Below, piece by piece: positions 40,468 through 52,464 of a DNA stretch of 64,000 nt. Within the stretch, counting starts at the first letter, position 1. The number at the start of each line of letters is the position of its first letter. This stretch comes from Takakia lepidozioides (taxonomy: Eukaryota > Plantae > Bryophyta): assembly GCA_030704615.1 (NCBI GenBank), contig CM060733.1, positions 46,128,001-46,192,000 of the forward strand. The letters are read 5' to 3'. The notes below the pieces were generated by a model that ran no database searches, was not told the origin of the DNA, and saw nothing but the letters and a program-made list of their open reading frames with translations. A program made the position numbers and the translations under genes.

Positions 40468-43400
40468 ATGGAGAAGGATGCTGCACGCCGGAGTTGGCCA
40501 TGGAAGAAAAAGTCAAATGAAAAAATTGCTGCTGCCCCCGAGTCTGATGGGACATCGCCCAAATCTTCCAAGCTTCTTGATGAGCAGGTACATGTTTCCA
40601 TCCCTAGACTTTGTTGATACCTTTGCCTCTTAGATCTACTTTTGTCTAACCCGTAGCTAACATGCTGTTGTCCTTACAGAGATGGGATTTGCACCAACAC
40701 GACTATACCCAGGCCTTCCCTCCAAAGGTAAGGGATGTCCCCCCTCAACTAACTTTGAACCCAACCGCCGATTATGTTGGGCTACGTCAGTGAATACTAG
40801 GAGGGCTTTGTTGTATGCTAATAAGATGGGCCAAGTGATACTTGGGTGAAGTCATGTGGAGTTTTGGGAAGATTAAGATGGGAAATTGAACTACTGGATA
40901 GGCTCACATCAAAATCTCTTTCTCTACCATCAATATTGTGATCACCTGTGGAGAGTAAGGCCATAATAACATAAATTGGGAACAAAGATTTATGAGTGAT
41001 GGAAAAGTCATGCCTGATCAAACATATGTCCAGTTGTTTGCATGTACAATCTCTTCATCTATGGGACTTCTGCCTCACATCTATTTGAACACATATTTGC
41101 AGGAAGCACCAAGGGTATTGCAAGAGTATCTGCGTCTTTCTGACGAGCCAATGAGCCAATTGCAGCAACCGGAAGAGAAAGTAAAAAACCTTAGTGAGAA
41201 GCTTGCTAATGCACTGGCAGATATAACTACAAAGGACAATTTGGTCAAGCAACACACAAAGGTTGCAGAAGATGCAGTCACTGGTATTTCCCATCATCCG
41301 CTTCTAATGATCATCATTAATTCTCTATGCTGGCAATGCTTCTGCATTGGACTGTTGTGCGCTAGTGTGCACCGTATAAATGAAGGATTTGCCTAACCTT
41401 TTTATTTGCAAACCAGGTTGGGAGAAAGCTGAGGCCGAAGCTGTGGGTCTAAAACTACAGTTGGATGCTGCCCTGCAGCAAAAGCTGGCAACAGAGGATC
41501 GTGTTGCACACCTCGATGGAGCCTTGAAGGAGTGCATGAAGCAGCTACGGCATGTGCGGGAGGAGCAAGAGCAACAGATCCATGACACCCTAGTAAAAAA
41601 GACGAGAGAGTATGACAACCTGCGAGCTGAAATGGAATCTAAGCTGGCCGAAGCATCACAACTTGTGACCCAGACACGTTCAGAGCTGTTGGAGTCGCGG
41701 GCTGAGGGCATGGCACTGACACAAGCTTTGCAGGTAGTCTAACTGAATCCGCTTGCAAAAGGTGCACAACATGTTGGGGAGATTTCCAGCCAAAAGTGCC
41801 TGCAGGACTTGCTTGGCCTTAACTTGTGTCTGTGGAATAAGATGATAAGTTTGTTAGTTCTCCGCAGGGAGTTGGTTGGGCAGAGTCCTGGGAATAGATC
41901 GCAGGGGAGGGTATGATGCAATGTGGAACAATAAAAAGACTTTGTCCTTTGACATTTTTCCTGTCTTGAGATGTGTATACAGGAGCGCTCCCACACCATT
42001 GCACAACTCAGTGAAGCCAAGGGACGCACAGAGGCTGACAATAAAGTCCTACAGGTTGGTTAGCTTGATTTATTAGTTAAACTAGGGGGACAATTTTTAC
42101 AGGCATCATTAATTCATCAGGATGGGACCATTTTCACTTCTCAAGTTCTCAAAAGTTGAAGTGGTTTTGTGACTAATCGCTTGGTACAAAACGTCAACCT
42201 ATGGCAGGTCCGGCTTGAGCTAATGGAGAAAGAAAATGCAAACCTTACATATGAAGTCCACGTCCTTACCAAGGAGTTGGAGATACGGAATTCGGAGAGA
42301 GAGTATGAACGGAAGGCAACTGATGCAGCTGCTAAACAGCATCTGGAGAGTGTGAAGAAGATAGCAAAGCTGGAGGAGGAGTGCAACCGCCTCCGTATCT
42401 TGGTCCGCAAGAAACTCCCTGGTATCTCTTTCACCAATGCTTTTCCCCTTTGCTGCATTAGGCACACTTAACATTATTTATTCTTGTCGTGTGTCTTTGT
42501 CACCAACTGGATGGGCTGAGTTAGACCTACAAGTTTGGACGGATTGTGTTACCTTGAAGCGTTGAAAACCAGTGCCTGGAGTGATCGTTGCCCCTTGGGA
42601 ATTGTCCCTCTGGGGCCTGCAGAAGATATTTATTCCCTGATCTTGACAACTTCCATCGGAACATACCTCCCAATCTTTGACCAACCAAGTTCTGTTGCCT
42701 GTGATATAATTTATACCTATTATAATGGCCCATGAATTGTCTCCTCTAAAGTTGCCGAAAAGTGAGTACAATGTGCTGCAATTATGTATCACTTGACTGA
42801 TTGTCTCTGGTTGTTTTGGAACCATGTCCTGTATCCAGGCCCTGCAGCAATCGCCCGTATGAAGGTGGAAGTCGATAGCCTTGGGAAGGATCGTGGAGAT
42901 ACCAAACAGCGAAGGCGCTCATTTGGACGCAATAATAGCTCAGTGGATTTACTTCCTCCAGACATGATGCAAGAAAATGTGAATGAAAACGGAGGGTCAA
43001 TCAGCTCTAGGGAGGCTGACAAGATGTCTGAAAGGATTGTGGCCATGGAGGAAGAGACTAAGATTCTAAAGGAAGGTTTGGCTAAGCGGACTGAGGAGCT
43101 ACAGGCAGCAAGGCTCATGTGTGCTAAGACTGCAAGTAGGTTATCAACAGTTGAAGAAGAGCTTGAGCTGGCCTTTGGGGCACAAGGGCAAACCAACCAA
43201 GCCGGTAAGAATTATTCTTTACAAGTTAGTCAGTGATGTAACCAAATTGATGGAACACAAAATCCCAAGACAAGGGTTGTCACGTTCTCTGAGCATCTTG
43301 AAGCAGTACAGCATGAGGAGAAGGAGAATTCCTCAAAAGTCTTCTGTAAGTCCAGATTGGAGGCACCCAACCTGCTGCAATCCATTGAATTCCCCAGGAA

Positions 43401-46400
43401 CAGGACATGGACAAGATTTACTGTTGGGCTCTCGTCTGGGTAAAATCCAGTTGCAAAAGGTCCCTATAGTGTCTGTTGGTCTTCTACATTATCGGAAATT
43501 GGTCTTATCCTTGTGTATGTCGTATTTTCCAGGTCACGTTTTTCAGGTATGCTAAGGTTCCATGACTCACAACTGAACCATCGTCTTTTGATGTTGTGGG
43601 AAGCAACCCTTGAGCATGCAAAGACTTCCAGGGTTTGGCTTGTGACCATCACAATACTGCTGCTAAGTCAGCATACAGGACTTTGTGCTTGGGGTGGCTT
43701 AGGCTGGTTTGATCCAGCAAGGCTCCTTACTGCCACACTGGATTTGGATTCTGCTCCACCTGTGGCAGGAATTTCAATGTCTGTTGTAGAAAGGGGCTAG
43801 CCATCAAGCCAGTGGTTTAATAGTGTTGCCAGGAGGGACCATAGTTTAATAATGCTGTCTCGGAGTAAATCCAACGTGGCACAACTTTGCATCCTTGTCT
43901 GCTCTAAGACAGCAGCATGACTGCAGGAACTCTCAACCTAGCCAAAGACAGTGGCAAGGACCTGGTGCTAGGAAAGACCAGCAGCCACAGCAGTTCTCAC
44001 AACAGACGGGAATCACTGAATTTTGAGTTGATGGACGACTTTGCTGAAATGGAGCGATTGGCAAAGTCCCAGTCAGAACCAGTAGAATCAGAGCATGAGA
44101 TGGAGAATGTATCTTTTGACGGGGCCAGTGAGAAGCTGACAACCCACACCCAAAAGCAAACAGCAGCCCTGGAAGAGGCTCTGGCTCTGAAGCAGAGGGA
44201 CCTGCAGGCAGCGAATGAGATGTGCAGGGATTTGAGTGTCAAGCTCACCGCTGCAGAAGGACAGCTCGGTGAGTTGCGAACCCGCAATGCAGCCAATGAG
44301 GTGTCGCTAGTAAGCCTGCAAGAGCAATTAGACCGGTTCACTGACACTCAGGTGCAAGAGAGCAAAGGTGATGATCCAGCAGGGAGCCACTCAGGCAGGT
44401 TTTCCAATGATGGTGATTCTGTTATACGGATGGAGGGTAGCATGAAGACCAGGCCTGTTGGATCAGCTTCAGAGGGGAGCTTGTCTGAGAGGGCGGTGCT
44501 TGAATACAGTACCTCTGTCTCCAATGCGGAGTCCAAGGTACAAAATGGTCATTGATACTGGCATGATGTGTGACTGAATTTCAACTCTACTCTCTTTTTA
44601 GTGAGCTTGCTTGGTGTACTTAACCTTGGAGGGACCTGCAAGTTTCTTAAGTGAAGTCTTCCTGTTAGGAAAAAGGTTATCAACGGTTGGACTAAACCTG
44701 CTGCGTTTCTCCTTGCTTCATTGTCACTGAACCATGCAGGCGAGCACTGTGCGTTCAGAGCTGGCAGTAGCAGTGTGCAAAATTGTTTGCATTGTAGAAG
44801 CCCTTGCCCGAGCAACAGGTAGGGAATATGCCCTCTCAAGTTCAGGGGAGATGGACTCCAACGCACAAAGAACAGGGTCTGACAATGGCAACACAAGTAT
44901 GCACAGTGGACAGATTGTAATGTGCATGCATTGGAAAGATGTACAACTGGACACCTCAATACAGAGCCTTGTTCTCTCTGGTAACAAATTTTTGCAATGC
45001 AAGACGGACATGGTGGACTTCATGTTCGAGCTTGGATCCACCTTGGATTGTATCATGGCCATTGGGCAGTTTGAACCTTCCAACAGAGCAGTGAAGGAGT
45101 GCAGTGGAGACCATTCTACATCCGATGATGAGAGGACTAGAATTCCAATGAGTGTCCACTTAGGGGATTCTTTGCTTGTTGCAGAGTCCACAAAACCAGG
45201 GCCCTCTATGTTAGAAGAAGAGTTACAAACATTGCGGGAAGAAAGGGATGCCCTTCAGTCTCATGTGCAGGCAGAGTTAGGTCGATTTAGTGACATTGAG
45301 ACACAGCTGGATGGTCTCAAGATTCAGAAAGCTGCTGTGGAGCACAATTTGGAGGAGGCAAACGAGAGGGTCAAACTTCTTAAAAAAGAGCTAAAGATTG
45401 TTTCTCAACTGCGAAAGCGACAGGTAATAATCAGTCGATTTTCATCTTCTTGCTTGTATGAACCTACTCAACTGAACAAAAGGGCTTGGTTCCAGATGAG
45501 TACCTATGAAAGTTGTCTGTCCATGTCTGTTACTGAAGGTAAGTGTGAATGTGCATGAACGATGTTCAGGTTGAGCATTATGTCTAAAGTAGTACTCTGG
45601 TTCTGCGCAGTGTTCGAACACCAGTGTCACGAAAACGATGAACGCCGGATCGACAAGCAGCCATTGCAGTGCGATGGCCGAGTTGAGTGTCCACTTAGGG
45701 GATTCTTTACTTGCAGAGTCCACAAAACCAGGGCCCTCTATGTTAGAAGAAGAGTTACGAACATTGCGGGAAGAAAGAGATGCCCTTCAGTCTCATGTGC
45801 AGGCAGAGTTAGGTCGATTTAGTGGCATTGAGACTGAGCTGGATGGTCTCAAGATTCAGAAAGCTGCTGTGGAGCACAATTTGGAGGAGGCAAACGAGAG
45901 GGTCGAACTTCTTAAAAAAGAGCTACAGCAGGCTGAAAAGATTGTTTCTCAACTGCGAAGGCGACAGGTAATAATCAGTCGGTTTTCATCTGCTTGCTTG
46001 TGTGAACCTACGAACAAAAGGGCTTGGTTCCAGATTAGCACCTATGAAAATTGTCTCTGTCCATGTGTGCTAGTGAAGGTAAGTGTGAATGTGCATGAAC
46101 GATGTTCAGGTTGAGCATCGTGTCTAAAGTAGTACTCTGGGGTGCCACACAGGATAAGCAAAGCAATGAAGATGAGCTGATTGAGGAAGAGTTGTTGGAG
46201 CGCTCATCAACCCCAAGGCTGGCTTCAGGTATCCGGGCAGCAGATGCAGAGATGAACCAACTGCATGACAAAGTTGCTGCTTTGGAAATTGAATTGCAAG
46301 GGGAGCGCCACCGGCACCATGACGTGGTGGCCAAGCTGGAAGACCTCCAACTCCAGATCCACCGGTGAGCTTTACCTGCAGGTTTCCTGGGTATGACATC

Positions 46401-47416
46401 ATGTTCTGTGTCCTAGCACTATCTTTTCTCTGTCAAAAAGCTCGGATGGTTGTAACTCAATCCACCCAATTTTACAGGTTCTGATTTGATGCTACTGATG
46501 CTTCCCACAGGGGAGCTGCCAACACCGAGAGCACAGCAGGCAGGGAGGCCGACTGGGCCACCTCTGGGCGTCCCACTCAAGATGACGAAGAATCCAAGTC
46601 TAGAAAAGTACGAAGTAGATTGCTTGAAGCACTCCCCATGCAACTCCCTCCCTCTCCCCCTCCCTCCCTCCCTCCCTCTCATGTTTTCAAGGTTTCTTCG
46701 AGGCCCAAAGACAGTCATCAATCTCTCCCTCCCTCTCATGTTTTCAAGGTTTCTTCGAGGCTCAAAGACAGTCATCAATCTCTCCATCCCTCTCATGTTT
46801 CCAAGGTTTTTTCAAGGCCCAAAGACAGGCATCAATCTTTCTTGCTTCTCTCATGTTTTCAAGGTTTTTTCAAGGCCCAAAGACAGTCATCAATCTCTCT
46901 TGCTTCTCTTCCCAACACTCAACTGCTGTGGAATTGCAGGAGAGGGAGATCGCAGCGGCGGCCCTGGCAGAGTGCCAACGAACCATCCTGGCGCTGGGCA
47001 AGCAGCTCCAGGTCCTCCGCGACCCGACGGACGGCGCCCTCCGTCCAACCATCCAAACGATGACGCAAGACATGGAGCTTCTTCGTTGGCAGACGGAAGC
47101 AACCGACGCCGTCGACAAGCATCAAAAGAAATTCCCCGCGCGCGACATCCCGTGGAGCAGCCGAAGTAGCCCCGCGGAGCGCAGCCCGAGCCCGGGTGCC
47201 TGGCCCCGTACCCAGACCGGGTCCCGGGCTGGCCACGCCGCCCGCGACCCGAGCTTCTACCACAACGGGAACGGGAACGGGTACCACTCCACGAGCGACT
47301 CCCAGGACGGCCCGGCCTCGTCGCCCGGGTCGCCGTCCGATGTCTCCGTCTCCGTCCAGGGGTCGCCGGCCACGGTTCTGCGCAGCGTTCGAACACCAGT
47401 ATCACGAAATCGATGA
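40468..47416 (+). CDS. FPP: Filament-like plant protein (DUF869 coiled-coil), about 13-14 exons
   Basis: N-terminal RRSWPWKKKS, LVKQHTKVAEDAVTGWEKAE, HLDGALKECMKQLR, KKIAKLEEECNRLRILVRKKLPGPAAIARMK, ELMDDFAEMERLA and LAECQRTILALGKQL motifs. Confidence 0.9.
45149..46140 (+). repeat. Tandem duplication of an exon end plus intron (45149-45600 / 45684-46140) with filler copied from ~47376-47445
   Basis: Direct sequence match; copy 2 has an extra 12 nt (CAGCAGGCTGAA). Confidence 0.9.
46672..46905. repeat. Intronic 56-57-bp minisatellite (~4 copies)
   Basis: CTCATGTTTTCAAGGTTTCTTCGAGGCCCAAAGACAGTCATCAATCTCT repeated. Confidence 0.9.
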
Positions 47417-47890
47417 ACGCCGGATCGACAAGCAGCCATTGCAGTGTGAAATTCTGCGAGTGAGTTCGGAGGTGATCGGTAGTCGTGACGACGAAGACGG
47501 TGTTGTTAGTCTAGTCTTCTATCTAGTCTGTGGGGATCCAGAAAGCTAGCAGCGATGATTGAAGGGGAGGCAGCGATGGCGATGGGGGTTGTTTGAATGC
47601 GGTGAGCTGGGAAGAGAGTAGTATATCTATATCTATACTTGTGTGTCCCGTCCCTGCTGTGTAATTAAGAGACTGAGTATAGTGTTGAGCAAGAGCTCTT
47701 GTATAATGTAATCGGCCTGGCCTCAGTCGCCAGCCCAGCCATGCTCTGAAGTTCCGCGTCACGCTTCGCGTATTGTTCACTGCGTGTTAATCGGTTGTCG
47801 ACTAATCTCTCTTCTCTTTCCAGCTTGCAGAACGGCTTCTCTCTGAAATTTCTATACTTAACTCTATCTACAAGACAAGAAGGCATGTGA

Positions 47891-47963
47891 TCCGTAATAG
47901 TCTAGATGGTTAGGATACCTGGCTTTCACCCAGGCGACCCGGGTTCGAGTCCCGGTTACGGAA
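47891..47963 (+). tRNA. tRNA-Glu(UUC)
   Basis: Acceptor stem TCCGTAA/TTACGGA, anticodon arm CCTGG-CTTTCAC-CCAGG, T arm CCGGG-TTCGAGT-CCCGG, followed by a T6 Pol III terminator. Confidence 0.96.
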
Positions 47964-49090
47964 ACCTTTTTTAGTTCTCTCTTTTCTCCTAGCTGGGAAG
48001 GAATATTCCGTCCGGTAAAGTTTCAAGGGTCCCTCTTACCACTTCTGTTTGCCACCGAGGTGATGCGGGGTTCGAATCCTGCTGCCATGATGTCTGGTGT
48101 CGCGGCGTGGGGGTCCGGGCCCACTGAATTGTGAGCTGTCGCGCCTTTTTCAACCATATATATAATTATGTAATAATTAATTACTGGAAAAGGAGGGTGA
48201 GGAGGCAGGGAATAGAGCGCGAGGCGCGCATGGGCCGCGAGGCGCAGGGGGTGGTGCAGAGCGCGCCACGTCGGCGGGTGCGGGAAACAAGAAGGGTGAC
48301 GAGGGGTAGGGCAGCCGCGGCGGAGGTGTGGGGGGCTGACGGGGCGACCACGCGGCCTCTCGCGCTGCGGCAGCTGGCCCCACAGTGCGGGCTGACAAGC
48401 GCGCTGTCGGGCTTGTTAAGCGGAAGGGATTGACGGAATCTGAGATGGAGGCAGTTCAAGTGTTGAGGGCCAATGGGGGAGATGAAGGGAGGGATCCAAC
48501 TGCCTGGGCACATGGCTCCGATGCGAGTACCCAGGACGTGGCCTGCCTTGTCATAGACAGATGGTCAAAAGCATCCGGACGAGGTACTTGCAGCTCGTAA
48601 ATGTATATATATATACAGTCTTCACACTCCACACATCAAAAGCGTTAAGTTCCGTGTTGCATAGCTCGCTCACTCGAGACTGGGTTGTGCTGCTACAGTC
48701 ACTGGTGGTGGCCCAGCGTCCCCTGCTGTTTTCGTTCAGGTTCAGTTCAGGTTGTAGAGCTGGAGCTAGCTGGTTTTGTGCTAAGGTTGTGGGGAGGATG
48801 AGCTAGGGAGATGGGGTCCGAGTGATAGTGGGAGGAGTTGAATGTGGGCTACTGTGGTTTTGGGATGGTTTGTAAGCTCTGCGCAGGTTGACACATTCGG
48901 CATCGTTCTCGCAGTGGGTAACCTTAGAGTCGTAGGCCTCTGTGCGGTCTGCTGGGCACTTATCACTACTTTGTGGGTTCTGGCAAGCTGCACTGGGGTT
49001 TTACGGCTCTAAAGCTACCTACCGCAAGATGTAGAAGGTTCCCCTATTTGGCATTCCCTGTAGAAGTGATCCTTGTTTGAGCATCAAGCC

Positions 49091-49910
49091 GAGGTTTGTC
49101 TTGTCAAACACTACTCTGATCTGTGGATACGTGCTCTGTAAGCCATGTTGACCCTCACTTTTATCTTCGAGTATAGTATCGAACTGGGATGTAGAGTTGG
49201 CAATATCGTAAGGTCTGATGTCAGCTTTTGTTCGAAGCTCGAAAGGTCAATTCACTGTTCTACACTTTTCGAAACGACAATGAAGCGGATAACATAAAAC
49301 CACTTTTTTTCTTACATTTGCTCGTTTCGTTCATGAATGCATCATGGCGCAAGAACATTTGAGCCCAGTTCCTCCTGGTAAAACTGGCATATGTAGAAGG
49401 CTGTGAGTTCATTCTCATATTAGCTTCTCACAACAATGAAGCTAGATCTGCCCGCAGAAGGTCCCAGTACAATGAAGCTGAATATGTCTTTGCTTTATTT
49501 TATTTGTTGCTGTAGATTTTCCATTTAAGATCATAGGAGTTCCTTTTCATATGCGGGCACATGATGTGTAGGAGGGTTCACCTTGTTGAACACTACTCTG
49601 ATTTGTGGATACATGTTAAGTAAGTCATGTTGACAATCGTTGTTATCCTCTAGTCTATGGAACTCGGATGGAGAGTTGATAATATATTTATTTGTTGCAG
49701 TAGGTTTTCCATTTAAGATCGCGGCAGCTCCTTTGCATATGTGGGCACCGGATGTATAAGAGGGTTCACCTTGTTGAACACTACTCTAATTGTGGATACA
49801 TGCTATGCAAGCCGTCTTGACAATCTTTTTTATCTTTTAGTCTATGAAACTGGGATGTAGGGTTGATAATATCTCAAGGTCAGAGTTCAGCTTTTGTTCA
49901 AGCTTGCAAA
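49091..49910. repeat. Three diverged local copies of a ~150-200-bp sequence
   Basis: AACACTACTCT(G/A)AT..GTGGATAC...GGATG.AG.GTTG..AATAT recurs near 49107, 49589 and 49777. Confidence 0.7.
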
Positions 49911-51191
49911 TGTAAGAAGATAAGTGGTTTCATGTTACCCGCTTTCATTCTCGCTTGGAAAAGTGTAGAGTAGCGAATCGTTTCTTTCTTTCTTTTATAC
50001 GATCAACTCTTAAAGCATCATGTGAATCGTTTCTTTCGATCAACCCCTAAAGCATCGTGCCCCATCAACATTTGTGGGGAGCTCCACCTGGGTAAGATAA
50101 GATGGAGACGACCTGCCCAGATCTTATGGTAGACGATGAGTTCATTCTCATATCAGCATCAGCCGACAAGGAAGCTTAGTTGCTACAGTTTTTTTTCATA
50201 GGTGGGCACATGATGGATATGAGGGTTCATCTACTCCGGTTATAGCATCCTTTCCTATTGCACCTAAAATCTCTATTCCTGATGGATTGGTACATATTTC
50301 TAGTTTTTGTGTCTACAATCCTACATGACAATAACTATAATTCTTTTTTGCAACATCGCTTCTATGATCTTAGTGATGTATATGAGGGTTCATCTACTCC
50401 GGTTACAGCATCTTTTCCTATTGCACCTAAAATCTCTATTCTTGATGAGCTGGGAGTAAACAATTGCGGAATTGTCAGACAACTGATTGAGGGGGAGTGG
50501 ATGTAAACCTTGTACTTGGTGACATTATGTCAATATGTACAACAGAGGCCGGTGAAAATGATAGACACATGGCAGGCACATGCTAACATTCAGATGTAAA
50601 GACTACCTTCTGTTTCGATGGTAAATGATCTATCACTTTAACCCTGGCCTAATCATTCTCCTCTGCGCAGTTGCTTGAGCAGCATAATTGGTTGAGCGAA
50701 GAGATCCCTTGAACCCCATGACCCTCGGATTTCTGGAGTGGGGATCTCTTGCTCTTGAAAAACAAGTTAGCGGAGACAAATTGATGGTACAGTCTATTGA
50801 ACTATTGAGATGTGGAGCATTTGAGGGGAGTGGCTCTACCAGGCTAGGAGAGATGGTTATTCTTACAATCCACATTCATGTCCCTGAGGAATTCTATTTA
50901 CTCTTAAGATGATCTAAATGCTCGTATCTATACCATTGTTGGTTTCTCATCAAGCTTTACAATTTATAACGCCAACCTTTGAGATCAAATTGGCTTGTGA
51001 AGTTCCATTGAAACCGTTTGCGAGGAACAATATGCAAGGTTGGGTCCTTCAATTTGGAGCTCAATAACTGGGTTTCAGGTGGGCTACTATTGGCAGTAAG
51101 AAACTTGTCAAGGTAAACACTATGTAACCTTGGAAATAAAAGCAAAGCGGTTGTCTCAGGAACCTCCCTTGGCTATCAGTTCTAAGAGCTG

Positions 51192-51542
51192 GCACCAAAC
51201 AGCCTCATCATTAGCTCATATTGTTAAAGACATCAGGGACTCTCTCTTTTCTCGCATCACCTCATCTTCAACTTTTGTATCTAGTTTGCTCTATCCACTG
51301 TGCATGATATTTGTTATGTGGGATTAGAAACTGTACCGACGAATGTGGTAATCTTATACAATCTCAATGTGGTAATCTTATACAGGGATCTAAGCCTAAA
51401 GGTACAGCTTTCGACCCCACATAACAAACACCTTGCAGAGTGGATAGAGCAAAACTAGACACAAAAGTTGAAGATGAGGTGATGTGAGCAAAGAAAGAGT
51501 CCTTGTTCAACAATATGAGCCAGTGATGAGGCTGTTTGGTGC
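51192..51542. repeat. Long imperfect inverted repeat (arms ~145 bp, loop ~63 bp)
   Basis: GCACCAAACAGCCTCATCA...CTGTACC pairs with GGTACAG...TGATGAGGCTGTTTGGTGC. Confidence 0.9.
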
Positions 51543-52464
51543 AAAAGCAACATGAAAGACGGTGATATAAGGTTAAGAATACAGCGAAAGCGTGGCACCC
51601 GTGCAAATGCGGCATTGCTTTGATGATCATGCCATTCTAACAGATTAACACAGCCAGCCATGAATGCATCCACAACATATGGCTTTGCCACATAGCAGTG
51701 TGGGGACAGCAGAAAATGAGGCAACAGGGAGGAGGGAGACACATCATAGCAGACAGACTTAGGGAAAAAGAATTATTTACAGACAGACATGAATGGAACC
51801 TTTAGATTTTGCTTTCCATAGCATATCGTGAACAGAGGGCGAGAGGGAGGAGCTTGACACACGATGCCCGCTACCCGAATCTTACATGCAAAAACAGACG
51901 TTTGCCATGTTGTATATTCCTGATTAATATACAGAAATGGAGGTTCAGGCACCCGCTAAGTATCATCTGGCCGTAAGCTTCGTGCTGCCTTTGTTGACAT
52001 GGAATGACAGATTTTACAGATCACCCCCCTAGTATTGCATATCTCCTAGCAACCTTCTTTAGAAGACGAATGAAGAGTAAGCGCCTCAAGTCCGTTGAGC
52101 AGGTCTTAACTTTGACCCCTCTTGTAAGAGGCTTCGGCTCTGTTCCTTGATCACAATTTGCCCTTCTTTCACGGGCTGGTGGCACAGCCAAATCTGAAGA
52201 GATCGAGATATCAGAGGAGGGAGGATTACAGGGGCACTTCTCGAATCTCGATGTTGTTCCAGTTTGCCACGTGAAGACGAACCTCACTGGAAGCGGTGAC
52301 AGCGGTAGGCTCCCCGTGTCTCTAGAAGGGACCAGCTTCTAAGCCGTGGACTATCAACAGCTATGCACTGGCCTTCACTCTTAAGCCAGAATATACAGCT
52401 TCCAGCCAATGCCTTCGGCATGGAGGTCACGAATCACGATTCAGAATTCGGTGGGTGGAAAGTA

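Noticed and set aside
46419-47405. Long overlapping ORFs in the ORF track (e.g. 46486-47169, 46890-47405)
   Set aside because: Explained by the intronic minisatellite and the GC-rich last exon of FPP; they are shadow ORFs.
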